A DNA stretch of 64,000 nucleotides from Steroidobacteraceae bacterium (lineage in GTDB: Bacteria > Pseudomonadota > Gammaproteobacteria > Steroidobacterales > Steroidobacteraceae): the NCBI GenBank assembly GCA_035481795.1, contig DATHRI010000007.1, forward strand, positions 73,939 through 137,938. The letters are read 5' to 3'. The notes beneath the pieces are model-generated. The model was not told where the DNA came from and searched no databases. It saw nothing but the letters and a program-made list of their open reading frames with translations. Below, in pieces: positions 31,156 through 40,646 of the stretch; position 1 is the first letter of the stretch; every line of letters starts with the position of its first letter. A program made the translations under genes and the position numbers.

Positions 31156-32316
31156 TCACACGGTCCGGACATCACCCGCGAGGTGGTGCACGAGGTGCCG
31201 CACGACATCGCGTGCATCGTCCTCCGCGCCGAAGATGAACGTCGACTTGCGACGCCGTAACACAGGCAATCCCATCGCGTAGACACCGGGGACACCCAAG
31301 ACAACGCCACCGTCGTGGCGTAGCTCACCCCCGCGATCGACGACCGGCAGTTCGAGCCAGCGATAGTCGGGACGAAATCCTGTGGCCCAGATGATCGAGC
31401 GGATCTCGCCGCTGCGCAGGTCGAGTGACAGCCGTGGCGATGCCGGCGCGTGGGTCGGCTCGAAACGCTCTGCTGGGTCAACCTCGGCGTCGGGCGCGTT
31501 GGTGCAGCCCCAAGCGTCGAACGTATCGAGCAACCGGCTCATCTTTAGGTCGGCAAGCGCGAATTGATTGGCAAGCCCTCCCGAGAAGAGCGCGCGGCCG
31601 TCACGAATAGCGCCCAGCCGGCCGACGATCTCGACTCCCGCAGCTCGCAGAACGTTCAGGTCGAGAGTCGCGTGCTCGACTGTGCCCACCAGCTGTGGCG
31701 ATGGCAACCTCCGGGCACGCTCGAGATCGTCGATCTCATCGTAACGCTGGCTCCAGACACCAGAGGCGTCCATCCACCAGAGCACATCCCGGCCACGGTA
31801 GTTCCGCGGCAACCGCACGTGCTCTCCGACCGACAGTGTCACCGGGCGGCCCGAGCGCTGGATCTCGTCAGCGAGCTGCACGCCCGTCGCCGAGGCGCCC
31901 ACGACGAGTACGCCGCCCGGCGGTAGCCGCTCCGGATTGCGATAGTCGAATGCCGTGAAGCATTCGATGTGCTGCGGCACTGCTTGGCGCACCTGCGGCA
32001 CCCTCGGGATGTTTGCGGGGCCGCTCGCCAGCACCACGCTGCGGCAGCGGATCGCGCCGCGGTCGGTCGCGACGCGATAGCCGCCATTGATTCGCCTGAT
32101 GGAGGTGACGGTTGTGTGGGTGCGCACGGGCGCGGAGCTCGCCGCAGCAAACCCGGCGATGTGCGCAACCACCTCGGGCATCGTCATGAAACCGTCGGGA
32201 TCGGCGCCGTTGTATGGATAACCTGGCAGCCGACTTTGCCAGTTGGGCGTCAACAGGCGCAGCGAATCCCAACGCTCGCGCCGCCAGGAGTTCGCCACCT
32301 CACCGCGCTCGAGCAC
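31156..32316 (-). CDS. NAD(P)/FAD-dependent oxidoreductase (flavin monooxygenase-like); 5' end unresolved
   Basis: Second Rossmann motif VVGASATG and an FMO-like layout. The first dinucleotide motif (VVVGGGHTGLA) is encoded upstream of the first canonical start, at 32317-32400 in the same frame. Confidence 0.75.
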   Translation of the reverse strand: MLERGEVANSWRRERWDSLRLLTPNWQSRLPGYPYNGADPDGFMTMPEVVAHIAGFAAASSAPVRTHTTVTSIRRINGGYRVATDRGAIRCRSVVLASGPANIPRVPQVRQAVPQHIECFTAFDYRNPERLPPGGVLVVGASATGVQLADEIQRSGRPVTLSVGEHVRLPRNYRGRDVLWWMDASGVWSQRYDEIDDLERARRLPSPQLVGTVEHATLDLNVLRAAGVEIVGRLGAIRDGRALFSGGLANQFALADLKMSRLLDTFDAWGCTNAPDAEVDPAERFEPTHAPASPRLSLDLRSGEIRSIIWATGFRPDYRWLELPVVDRGGELRHDGGVVLGVPGVYAMGLPVLRRRKSTFIFGAEDDARDVVRHLVHHLAGDVRTV

Positions 32317-32436
32317 GATGTGATCGATCGAGTGCTCGGTGAGAACACGACTAGTCGCAAGCCCGGTGTGCCCGCCGCCGACGACGACCGTGGTGATGTT
32401 TTCGATGGCGAGCCCGTCGCGGGCGACGCAGTCCCG

Positions 32437-32991
32437 CTAGACGACCTCGACGGTTACGTTGGTCGGATTGGTCACGATGTCGTATACGGCGGAGCGCTTT
32501 TGGGATTGCGCCACGAGCGCCTCGATGTCTTTCTTCGACGCGTCGGCGTCTATATGGAAAGTGACCTTGATGTCGTCGTAGCCATTGCGCACGGTGCTGT
32601 CGATGCCGAGGATGCCATAAAGATTCATCTTGCCCTCGAGTTTTGCCTCCACGGAGCGCAGCTGTATGCCGCGATTCTGCGCCACCGCAGCGACTCCAGC
32701 CGTCAAGCAGCTCGCAAGACCGACGAGCACCAGCTCGACCGGCGTCGCACCGAGGTCCTCGGAGGCGAAAATCTCCGGATGATCGGTCTCGAAGGAGAAC
32801 TCGGTCTTGTGCGACTGCTCCTCCCCGAGCCCACGAAATCCACTTACCGTCGAGCGGGCATGAGTACCGTTCTGCCACTTGCAGGCTGCGCGCCAGGTGA
32901 ACTCGGCGGCCGCGGGGGCGTTCCTCAGCGCCTCCCTTGCGTCAAGGAGCGCTTGGACGTTGACACCATTATTGACACTGAGCTGCGCCAT
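32437..32991 (-). CDS. OsmC family peroxiredoxin
   Basis: 184 aa. OsmC fold signature with the two conserved Cys contexts (RAACKW.., GLASCLT). Confidence 0.85.
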   Translation of the reverse strand: MAQLSVNNGVNVQALLDAREALRNAPAAAEFTWRAACKWQNGTHARSTVSGFRGLGEEQSHKTEFSFETDHPEIFASEDLGATPVELVLVGLASCLTAGVAAVAQNRGIQLRSVEAKLEGKMNLYGILGIDSTVRNGYDDIKVTFHIDADASKKDIEALVAQSQKRSAVYDIVTNPTNVTVEVV

Positions 32992-33137
32992 GTTTCTGCC
33001 TCCTGGATAACTTGGGAACGTCGTGCCGACAGCTTGCGCGCGTGCAGAGCGCGACGCTACGCTCCGGTGGCAAAGGGTACAACCGGCGTTGACCGAACAC
33101 TATGACTTATCGGTTATAAGCTGGTGCGCTGCGGCAA

Positions 33138-34517
33138 TTGGAGACAGCAAAGCAGAAGAAGCCCTATGATCGCGCAGTCCATCGCGCCAGGAGAGCCGCG
33201 TCTGTGGAAGCTTCACGCCGTTTCGGCTTCGAGACTCGTCAGGTTCATGCCGGTCAGCGTCCGGACCCGAATACTGGTGCGCGTGCGGTACCGATTTTTC
33301 AGACCACCAGCTACGTCTTCGAAGATCCAGAAGCGGCAGCCGCCTATTTCAACCTCCAGGAGTACGGCAACACCTACTCGAGGATCGTAAACCCGACGGT
33401 GGCTGTGTTCGAGGAGCGCATCGCGAGTCTGGAGGGTGGATGCGGCGCGGTAGCATTCGCAAGCGGGTTGGCCGCGCAGGCCGCAGCGCTCTTTACGCTG
33501 CTCGCACCGGGCGACCACGTCGTGTCGTCAGCGGCGTTGTACGGCGGAACAGTTAATCAGTTCAAGCACCTGCTGCGCAAGCTGAATGTGGAGCTGACAT
33601 GGGTCGATCCCGACGCCCTCGGTGCCTGGAGGGCCGCGGTTCGCAACAACACCAAGGCGTTTTTCGGGGAGACGATCGGCAACCCCGGCGGTAACGTGCT
33701 CGATATCGAGGCAATCGCGGCCGTTGCGCACGAGCACGGGGTGCCGCTTCTCGTCGACAACACGTTCGCGACACCGTATCTGTGCCGTCCGATCGAGTGG
33801 GGCGCCGACATCGTGCTGCACTCGGCAACCAAATACATCGGAGGCCACGGCACGAGCATCGGCGGCGTGGTCGTGGATTCGGGCCAGTTCAATTGGTCGA
33901 ACGGCCGGTTCCCGGTTATCGCCGAGCCCTCTCCCGCCTATCACGGACTGCAGTTCCACGAGACCTTCGGCACGTACGGCTACCTGATGAAGCTGCGCGC
34001 CGAGACCCTGCGGGATCTGGGTGCTTGCATGGGGCCCTTCAATGCGTTCCTCTTCCTGCAGGGACTAGAGACCTTGTCGCTGCGTATGTCGCGTCACGTC
34101 GAGAACGCCATCGCGATCTCCGACTACCTCGAGTCGCACGAGCTCGCGTCGAACGTAACGTATCCCGGCTTGCGCACCAGCCGATACCGTCCTCTCGCGG
34201 ACAAGTACCTGCCGCATGGCGCGGGCTCAGTGTTGTCGTTCGATATCCGGGGCGGCCGAGACGCCGGACAGGACTTCATTCGTGGCCTCACCCTGTGGTC
34301 GCACCTCGCGAACGTCGGCGACGCGAAGAGCCTCGTCATTCATCCGGCGAGCACGACGCACCGACAGCTCGACGAGCAGGAGCTCAGAGCGGCCGGTGTT
34401 GGCCCGGGGACGATCCGACTGTCGGTCGGCATCGAAGACGCCGAAGATCTGATCTGGGACCTCGAGCAGGGCTTCGCTCGCGCCCGTGCGCCCGGATCCC
34501 TGGAGGGCGTTCGATGA
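33138..34517 (+). CDS. metY: O-acetylhomoserine aminocarboxypropyltransferase (sulfhydrylase)
   Basis: FETRQVHAGQ, PIFQTTSY, NTYSRI.NPT and the PLP-Lys region HSATKYIGGHG. Length is typical of MetY/MetZ. Confidence 0.9.
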   Translation: METAKQKKPYDRAVHRARRAASVEASRRFGFETRQVHAGQRPDPNTGARAVPIFQTTSYVFEDPEAAAAYFNLQEYGNTYSRIVNPTVAVFEERIASLEGGCGAVAFASGLAAQAAALFTLLAPGDHVVSSAALYGGTVNQFKHLLRKLNVELTWVDPDALGAWRAAVRNNTKAFFGETIGNPGGNVLDIEAIAAVAHEHGVPLLVDNTFATPYLCRPIEWGADIVLHSATKYIGGHGTSIGGVVVDSGQFNWSNGRFPVIAEPSPAYHGLQFHETFGTYGYLMKLRAETLRDLGACMGPFNAFLFLQGLETLSLRMSRHVENAIAISDYLESHELASNVTYPGLRTSRYRPLADKYLPHGAGSVLSFDIRGGRDAGQDFIRGLTLWSHLANVGDAKSLVIHPASTTHRQLDEQELRAAGVGPGTIRLSVGIEDAEDLIWDLEQGFARARAPGSLEGVR

Positions 34518-35002
34518 ACACATTCGACCTCGGGCGTTATCAGGACCCGTTGACCATCCAGCGCGTGCTGCTGGCCGCAAAGACCATTGCGATCGTGGGG
34601 TTATCGGGCAACCCGCTGCGTGCCAGTTACTTCGTCGGGTTCTACTTACAGCGACACGGATATCGCGTGATTCCGGTGAATCCGCGCGAGTCGGAGATCC
34701 TCGGCGAGCGGAGCTTCGCAAGTCTGCGGGAGGTGCCGGTTGCCGTCGATGTCGTCAACGTCTTCCGCGCACCGATGGCCCTGCCTGGGATCGCGACAGA
34801 AGCCGTGGCGATCGGCGCCAAGTGCCTGTGGTGCCAATTCACGGTGATTAACGAGGAAGGCGCGCGCATCGCGGAGGAAGGCGGCCTTTCAGTCGTCATG
34901 GATCGCTGCATCAAGGTCGAGCATGCCCGCTACGCGGGACGAATGCACTGGCTTGGCTTCAACACTCAGCGAATCACCTCTGTTCGCAGTGGCCTGCAGT
35001 AG
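34514..35002 (+). CDS. CoA-binding domain protein (YccU-like)
   Basis: MNTFDLG.. start overlaps the metY stop (ATGA). IAIVGLS.NP.RASY....L...GY.V.PVNP is the CoA_binding_2 signature. Confidence 0.85.
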   Translation: MNTFDLGRYQDPLTIQRVLLAAKTIAIVGLSGNPLRASYFVGFYLQRHGYRVIPVNPRESEILGERSFASLREVPVAVDVVNVFRAPMALPGIATEAVAIGAKCLWCQFTVINEEGARIAEEGGLSVVMDRCIKVEHARYAGRMHWLGFNTQRITSVRSGLQ

Positions 35003-35207
35003 AGCACCACGTGGGTGTCGAGCAAAAATCTCACGGCTCGATTGGGCCCCCGAAGAGCTCCTGCCGCTATTACTTGTAGAGCGGTTTGTCAAAGTCCTTG
35101 GCGACAGATGGGAATTTCGCCGCGAATTAGGTCGTGGGTAACCTTGCGGGTAACTGACGAGGCCGCATTGTATGAAATCCCATTAGATCAGGAAGTTACG
35201 CGTCAGA

Positions 35208-35229
35208 TTCGAGTCCTCTCCTGGGCATT
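35208..35229 (+). repeat. attR-like direct repeat (orphan copy of the tRNA-Leu 3' end)
   Basis: Identical 22-mer to 23263-23284. No matching 5' acceptor strand (gcccagg) upstream, so it is a remnant and not a second tRNA gene. Confidence 0.85.
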
Positions 35230-35646
35230 CGTCGTTTTTTATACTTAATAATCAATAACTTATATCGTTGCAACTGGGACTCCAAGTCTTTCGTGCCGCC
35301 GGGCGCAGTGTACGTGAGCCGCTGCGCGAGAGAGCGATTGTAAAGCGATCCGATTGCTCGCGTTGCGGAGCACTTGCGAGCCGCTGAGGCGGCGCCTCTT
35401 TATCTACGCATTGACACGATGGGGAGACCTTTACTCCGGCCGCATCAAAGAGAAGCAATGGATCCCTGGTCTCTACGGACGCGTTTCGACCATGAGCTGT
35501 TAGGCAGATCTTTCTTGTACGGGTCGAGCGTCGCAAATCGGCCAGTTCCGACACGATTCCTTCAGTCCCTCGAAAATCGTTCCAATGTCCGCTATGTAGA
35601 GAATCGAGGGTTCTGCTCGAGTGGCTGGAGTTGGCCGCACCGCCGC

Positions 35647-37665
35647 TTAGCTCGGAAACTTCAACTCCCGCTCAATCGCCTGGAAGCGCGGCTCTTTGCG
35701 CAAGGGGTCCAGGAGCGGGTCGGTCTTTACGTATATCAGACCCGGGTCACGCAGCCGCAGCGCCGTCTCGAGCCATACGAGCGCCTTCGCCCGATTACCC
35801 CACTGCGCATAGATCGTGGCGTACTGGTACGCCGAGGCATCGCCATTTGCTGCCTTCAGTTTCGAAAGCACAGCTTCTGCATCGGGGTGCCGGCCGAGCT
35901 TGTCATAGGTCACCGCGAGGCACTGTTGACTCTCCCAGTAGTCCGGCTTCGTCTCGCATGAAGCGCGCGCGCGCTGCAAATCCCCGAGTTCGTAATAGGC
36001 GAGCCCGCGATCCGCGTAGGTCGCCTTGTAGTCAGGGTCAATATTGATGGCTTTTGCGAAAGCTGCAACTGCCTCCTCATAGCGGCGGGCTGCATGCAGC
36101 GCCCGGCCCAGCAGGGAATGGCTCAGGAGACCGAGCGGGTCGAGCACGACGGCGCGGCGGGCAGCCGCAAGACCCGCATCGAAGTGCCCCATGTAGACTG
36201 CAAATGCACCGCTATCTCGCACAACCTGGGCATTGCCCGGCGCGAGCGCCAGGGCGCGCTCGTAGGCTTCACTCGCGTGCCTGAAGTCGAGCGTGCTTTC
36301 CGAAACGAACGCCAATGCGAGGTGAGCCTGGGCCAGGTCCGGCGCGAGCGCGAGCGCTTGGCGCGCATCCGCTTGCGCCTTGTCATTGCCTTCACGCACC
36401 GCCTCTGGGGTCTCGGCCTCCCCGGCGGCAGTGGAAAGGGCGATCGATCGGGCTGCGAACGCGAGCGCATAGTGCGGATCCAAGCGGATTGCTTCCGTGT
36501 ACGCGGCAATCGCGGCTGGGAGGTCTTTGGCGTCGCGACTCGAGCGATACGCCTTAGCCCCGCGCAGATACGCGTCGAAGGCAGCCGGATTGCGCGTCCC
36601 GCCGAGCTCGACTCTGGCTGCGACATCGCCGAGTAGCGTGGCTTTCAGGGCGCTGGCTACCGCGGTGGCAATCTCGGTCTGCAGGTTCAGCACATCGCCT
36701 AAGTCCCGGTCATAGGTCTTCGACCACAGGTGAAAGCCCGTGACGGCATTGATCAGCTGCGCAGTGATGCGGATGGTGTTTGCCGAGCGCCGCACGCTGC
36801 CTTCGAGGACTGCGCCCACGTTCAGTTTGCGCGCGATCGTGCCGATGTCAGTGTCTTTGCCCTTGAACGAGAACGCCGAGGTGCGGGCGGCGACCTGGAG
36901 CTCATTGACCTCAGTGAGGGAATTGAGCAGCTCCTCCGTGAGCCCGTCCGAGAAATACTCCCGCTCCTTATCCCCGCTCATGTTGACGAACGGCAGCACG
37001 GCGATCGAGTGCGGCGGCGGGTTGAAGGCGATGGGGGCCGCGCCTGCGTGGGCGGCCGTCTCTGGCGTCGCGTGTTTGGGGATCCAGAACTCATTGGCGA
37101 GGAAGTACGCCAGCGCCGCGACGACGCCGACGGCAACGATCGCGAGCAGGACCGGCTTTGACCTCCGGGATGCGCGGACCGGCTCCGTTATTGCCACCGT
37201 AGCACCCGACACTGCGCTCATCGGCGACAGCTCCGGCGACAGCAGGCGCCGTATCCGTTCAACGAAGGCAGGAGGTGTCTCGTCTCCCGGCAGGCGCGTC
37301 CACTGCACCGCCCGGAAGGCGTCCGGGACAAAGGCCTCCTGATCGCGCGTACCGTCAACGACGACCGGTACCAGGAAGGGCTTCTGCTGGGCCATGTGAT
37401 GGGTGCGTTCGATTGCGAGATTCCACTCGTGCCGAAAATAGCCCTCGAGACGCTCCTGGGTGTGCTGCGAGACAATCGGAATAAAGAGCGCGCAATCGTG
37501 GATCTCGTGCCGGATCTTCTGATCCCACGCGTCCCCGCCGCGCAGCTCGCTCTGATCGAAAAAGACCTCGATGCCGGCGGCACGCAGTGCCGCGCAAATC
37601 TTCTGGGCCGCCTGCGCATCCTGCGAGGCGTAGCTCAGAAATACCGCGTGCGAGGGTTCAGTCAC
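35647..37665 (-). CDS. TIR domain - single TM - IAVLPF (TolB-N-like) module - TPR repeat protein
   Basis: N-terminal TIR_2-like region (AVFLSYASQDAQAAQKICAAL...GYFRHEWNLAIE). Hydrophobic helix PVLLAIVAVGVVAALAYFLA. SIAVLPFVNMSGDKEREYFSDGLTEE module. Long TPR array (AIRLDPHYALAF, ALALAPDLAQAH, AINIDPDYKATY). GTG start. Confidence 0.85.
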   Translation of the reverse strand: MTEPSHAVFLSYASQDAQAAQKICAALRAAGIEVFFDQSELRGGDAWDQKIRHEIHDCALFIPIVSQHTQERLEGYFRHEWNLAIERTHHMAQQKPFLVPVVVDGTRDQEAFVPDAFRAVQWTRLPGDETPPAFVERIRRLLSPELSPMSAVSGATVAITEPVRASRRSKPVLLAIVAVGVVAALAYFLANEFWIPKHATPETAAHAGAAPIAFNPPPHSIAVLPFVNMSGDKEREYFSDGLTEELLNSLTEVNELQVAARTSAFSFKGKDTDIGTIARKLNVGAVLEGSVRRSANTIRITAQLINAVTGFHLWSKTYDRDLGDVLNLQTEIATAVASALKATLLGDVAARVELGGTRNPAAFDAYLRGAKAYRSSRDAKDLPAAIAAYTEAIRLDPHYALAFAARSIALSTAAGEAETPEAVREGNDKAQADARQALALAPDLAQAHLALAFVSESTLDFRHASEAYERALALAPGNAQVVRDSGAFAVYMGHFDAGLAAARRAVVLDPLGLLSHSLLGRALHAARRYEEAVAAFAKAINIDPDYKATYADRGLAYYELGDLQRARASCETKPDYWESQQCLAVTYDKLGRHPDAEAVLSKLKAANGDASAYQYATIYAQWGNRAKALVWLETALRLRDPGLIYVKTDPLLDPLRKEPRFQAIERELKFPS

Positions 37666-37967
37666 CGGCGGGCCCCCAGACAGATCGCGGGAGGTCTTCT
37701 CATCGCCTCCGTAGCCGGCAGCTTAGCTCAAGCGGCTAAGTTTGGCCGAGCCGGCTCACCGGCTGAGGGGCAACCGGTGACGACGGAGCTAACGGGCGAA
37801 TCACCGGACCGCGTCGGGTCAATTGCCGCTGGTGGGTGCTGCGTGTCCCTCCCGGCACCATCGCTCCTCTGTTGGCGGTGGTAGGCAGTCGGAGGTTACG
37901 CTTGCGAGTTGACTCGAACGACCCGGGCTGGGTGCGCACGTCCCTGCGCGCAGCCCTTTCGCAATCG

Positions 37968-38429
37968 CTATTGCTTGTCGAAGACAAGCGTCTCGTCGCC
38001 CGTGGCGCCGCTGAGCTGCACACCTGTGTTTTGTACCGTGAGCGTTTTGCCGTCTGCCGATACGACACGATGGACGTGGCCAACGACCTTGCCCTCCTTC
38101 TTGAGATCGAAGTCCCAAGTGTTTGCGTCGATCTTCTTGCCGAGCGTCGTATCCGCGGGCCCGCCCGGTCCCTGCTTTTCCTCTTTACCGTCGCGGTACT
38201 GCGCGCGCATCGACTTTTGCTTGCCATCTGCGCCTGTCAGCTTCTGGTCGAGCGTGTACAGGCCTTTGGCTTCGGTGTAGACACGGGTGCCGGCGGTCAG
38301 CTCTGAGCCCGCATTGAACTTCGATTTCGCGACATTGAGCTTCCAGGTGCCCACGACCGGGTCTGCCGCGAATGCCGGGCTGGCGAAGAACACTCCTGCG
38401 AGCACGATGAGTGAGAGTATCTTTTTCAC
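37968..38429 (-). CDS. Secreted hypothetical protein (small beta-rich, lipocalin-like guess)
   Basis: Clear signal peptide MKKILSLIVLAGVFFASPAFA. Mature part begins DPVVGTWKLN. No family recognised with certainty. Confidence 0.7.
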   Translation of the reverse strand: MKKILSLIVLAGVFFASPAFAADPVVGTWKLNVAKSKFNAGSELTAGTRVYTEAKGLYTLDQKLTGADGKQKSMRAQYRDGKEEKQGPGGPADTTLGKKIDANTWDFDLKKEGKVVGHVHRVVSADGKTLTVQNTGVQLSGATGDETLVFDKQ

Positions 38430-39010
38430 GTTGTCCCCCTTGAGTGATTGCAGCTCTTAACTTTTTTAGCGATCCGCTCCGGTGCCACTCCGAGCGAGCG
38501 TTGGAGGATGCACGTCAGCGTTCCTAAGATCAAGGAAGAGCGTGTGGCCTGCCGGCGTCGATGCCGCAATGCGGTAGGCGCCGCAATCGGTACTAAAGTG
38601 AAGGCACCTCATGTCGACAGCCGCTGCGATCATCTGCCTCGATCACATAGATCAGCGACCCAGCTGAGCACACGTGGTATCAATTCAACCCGCCCCAGCA
38701 TAAAGATTGCATGGGCAACTTTGCGGGTAAAGTGAAAGTTACCGATTAACTCTTTGAGTTGGCTGGTGAATTTTTCCCGCTGAACGATCGTTTACGTTTC
38801 TTTTTAATTTCTATTTGCTTGCGGAAGCAAAGATATGGTGTTAACGCGCGATGAACTCGTAGCCCGTTTGACAAGGGCGGGCGAACTTGCCTCCGGCCTC
38901 CTAAATAGCGGGATCCAGAACACGCGCCCCCCGACGGCGCATTTTGCGCCGCCGGGGCCGAATTTTCCTAAGGGCGCGTCATCCGTGCCCGTACGATCTG
39001 CGGAAAATTT

Positions 39011-39793
39011 CTACTTGAACATCGCGTTGGCGCGCGAGAGATCATCGCGATGCGGCGCGAAGTCGACCATCGATGTGAAAGCCGCGCCAGCCAGCGGATC
39101 TTTCGCCACGGCAGCATTCAGCGCCGCATTCACCTTGTCGAGACCTGCTGCATCGGGCGTGAGGTAGAACACGAAGAACCAGTTGGGATCCTGCGTGTGA
39201 ATCGCCTCTTCCGCAACCTGGTACGCCACGACGGCGCCGTCATTCATGAGCTTCTCGAAAAACGGCACGAACAACGCCTTGCTCAACGTCGAGACCGCGT
39301 CGTTGGGTGCATCCGCCTTCAATTTGTAGTACGCCGCATGGTCGTAGCCATTCTTCAAAGGACCGCTCTTGTAGTTGTAGAAGCGACTGACATAGAGCCC
39401 GTCCCAGTGCGCGGTTGCGCTCGCGAAAGTCGCATTGGTTGCCGAGCCGTTCTTGTAGAACTCCTCAAGGAGGTTCAGCACGCCGGCCTCGGATGTCGCG
39501 CACCACCAGCCATAGTGCGTCGCGCCATGTTCGGTATGAACCAAGGCCTCCCCATTGCCGGCCGCGATGATCGTGCCCTTCGCAAGCGCGGCATCGATGA
39601 TTTTCTGCGAGGTCGCGTTGTTCTTTTCCATGTCCGCCCATTTCGAGCGCGGCAGCACCCAGTTTGACACGTAGGTGTAGATCCGCGGCTTCTCTTTGAC
39701 TTCGCTCGACTGCGCGCTCGCAGGCGTTGTCGCAAAACCCAACGCGCCTGCGAGGCACGCGCCCGCCAGTACTCTGACCAGTATCGTATTCAT
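39011..39793 (-). CDS. Secreted hypothetical protein
   Basis: Signal peptide MNTILVRVLAGACLAGALGFATTPASA. 260 aa of protein-like composition. No family recognised. Confidence 0.7.
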   Translation of the reverse strand: MNTILVRVLAGACLAGALGFATTPASAQSSEVKEKPRIYTYVSNWVLPRSKWADMEKNNATSQKIIDAALAKGTIIAAGNGEALVHTEHGATHYGWWCATSEAGVLNLLEEFYKNGSATNATFASATAHWDGLYVSRFYNYKSGPLKNGYDHAAYYKLKADAPNDAVSTLSKALFVPFFEKLMNDGAVVAYQVAEEAIHTQDPNWFFVFYLTPDAAGLDKVNAALNAAVAKDPLAGAAFTSMVDFAPHRDDLSRANAMFK

Positions 39794-40646
39794 GTCGTCT
39801 CCCCGATCGTTTGCTTAGAAGGTGTTGGTGTGGGGTCGGTGAGCACACGTGAATGGGTGGCCCGAGAGCAGCCCAAGGCGCGATGTCTTCTTCCCCCGAG
39901 CACAGGAAGATACGCCCCGAAGCTAAGGGTTGGCATTAAGATTCAATTAAGTTCGTGCTGCGGCGAAGCACGCTGGCCGCGCACTAACCCGATGCAGCGC
40001 AATCCTGGATGTCCGCGCCAGTGCGGCCGTGGGCACAACGGATAGTGCATGCGCGCATTTAGCGCGCCAATTCTCAAGGATGCGGCGATCCAGCGTCCTT
40101 CGATAGCGGTGAATGACTCCAAATGTTACGGATGGATGTTGCAAACGAAATGTGACGTAGGCTGAAATGACCGACCGGCAGGTTGCCGCCAAGATACGCG
40201 AGTATTTCTCCGCTGCCTGATTGAAAGGCTGGTAACTGCAACTGTCGGCTAGGAAATCGCGGACTGCGAACGACTCGTAAAGCATCGGTCCGAAACAAGC
40301 GGGCCTCGACGACTATCAATCTCTCCCGGCTCACATAACTGGCGTTTCTTTCGCTGGAGTGCAGCCACTGCGCGCGCCTTTCGTGCGAGTCTCGATGCCG
40401 CGCTCGAGGCGCGAGCCCGTCCAATTCTTGGTTTACTCAGGTGGTGAGCAGTCACGCGAGTAAATACGAATGCCCGTCACGTAATGACTGTTTTGACCTT
40501 GCGTGGATGCTTGAATCCTTGAAGAATGCTCCAGAATCACTTGATTCAACATACAGCAGCCCTCGTCGCAATCGCCAGCCGACGCTGCGACTTTAGCCGT
40601 GAGTTCAGACCTCCGACTGGGTGTGCGTTAGCAAAAGGAACCGGTC

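Noticed and set aside
32992-33137. Possible SAM-type riboswitch or MetR operator upstream of metY; an inverted repeat ACCGA..TCGGT lies at about 33097-33119.
   Set aside because: I could not match any riboswitch consensus by eye. The inverted repeat has only 5-bp arms.
35136-35153. 18-nt motif gggtaaccttgcgggtaa near attR recurs as gggcaactttgcgggtaa at 38713-38730 (16 of 18). It resembles the variable-arm sequence gcgggtaac of the tRNA and a weaker match at 23730-23747. Considered as arm-type recombinase sites, or as a longer tRNA remnant with a 44-nt insertion.
   Set aside because: Short, with only two good copies and no consistent spacing. Chance similarity cannot be excluded without a genome-wide count.
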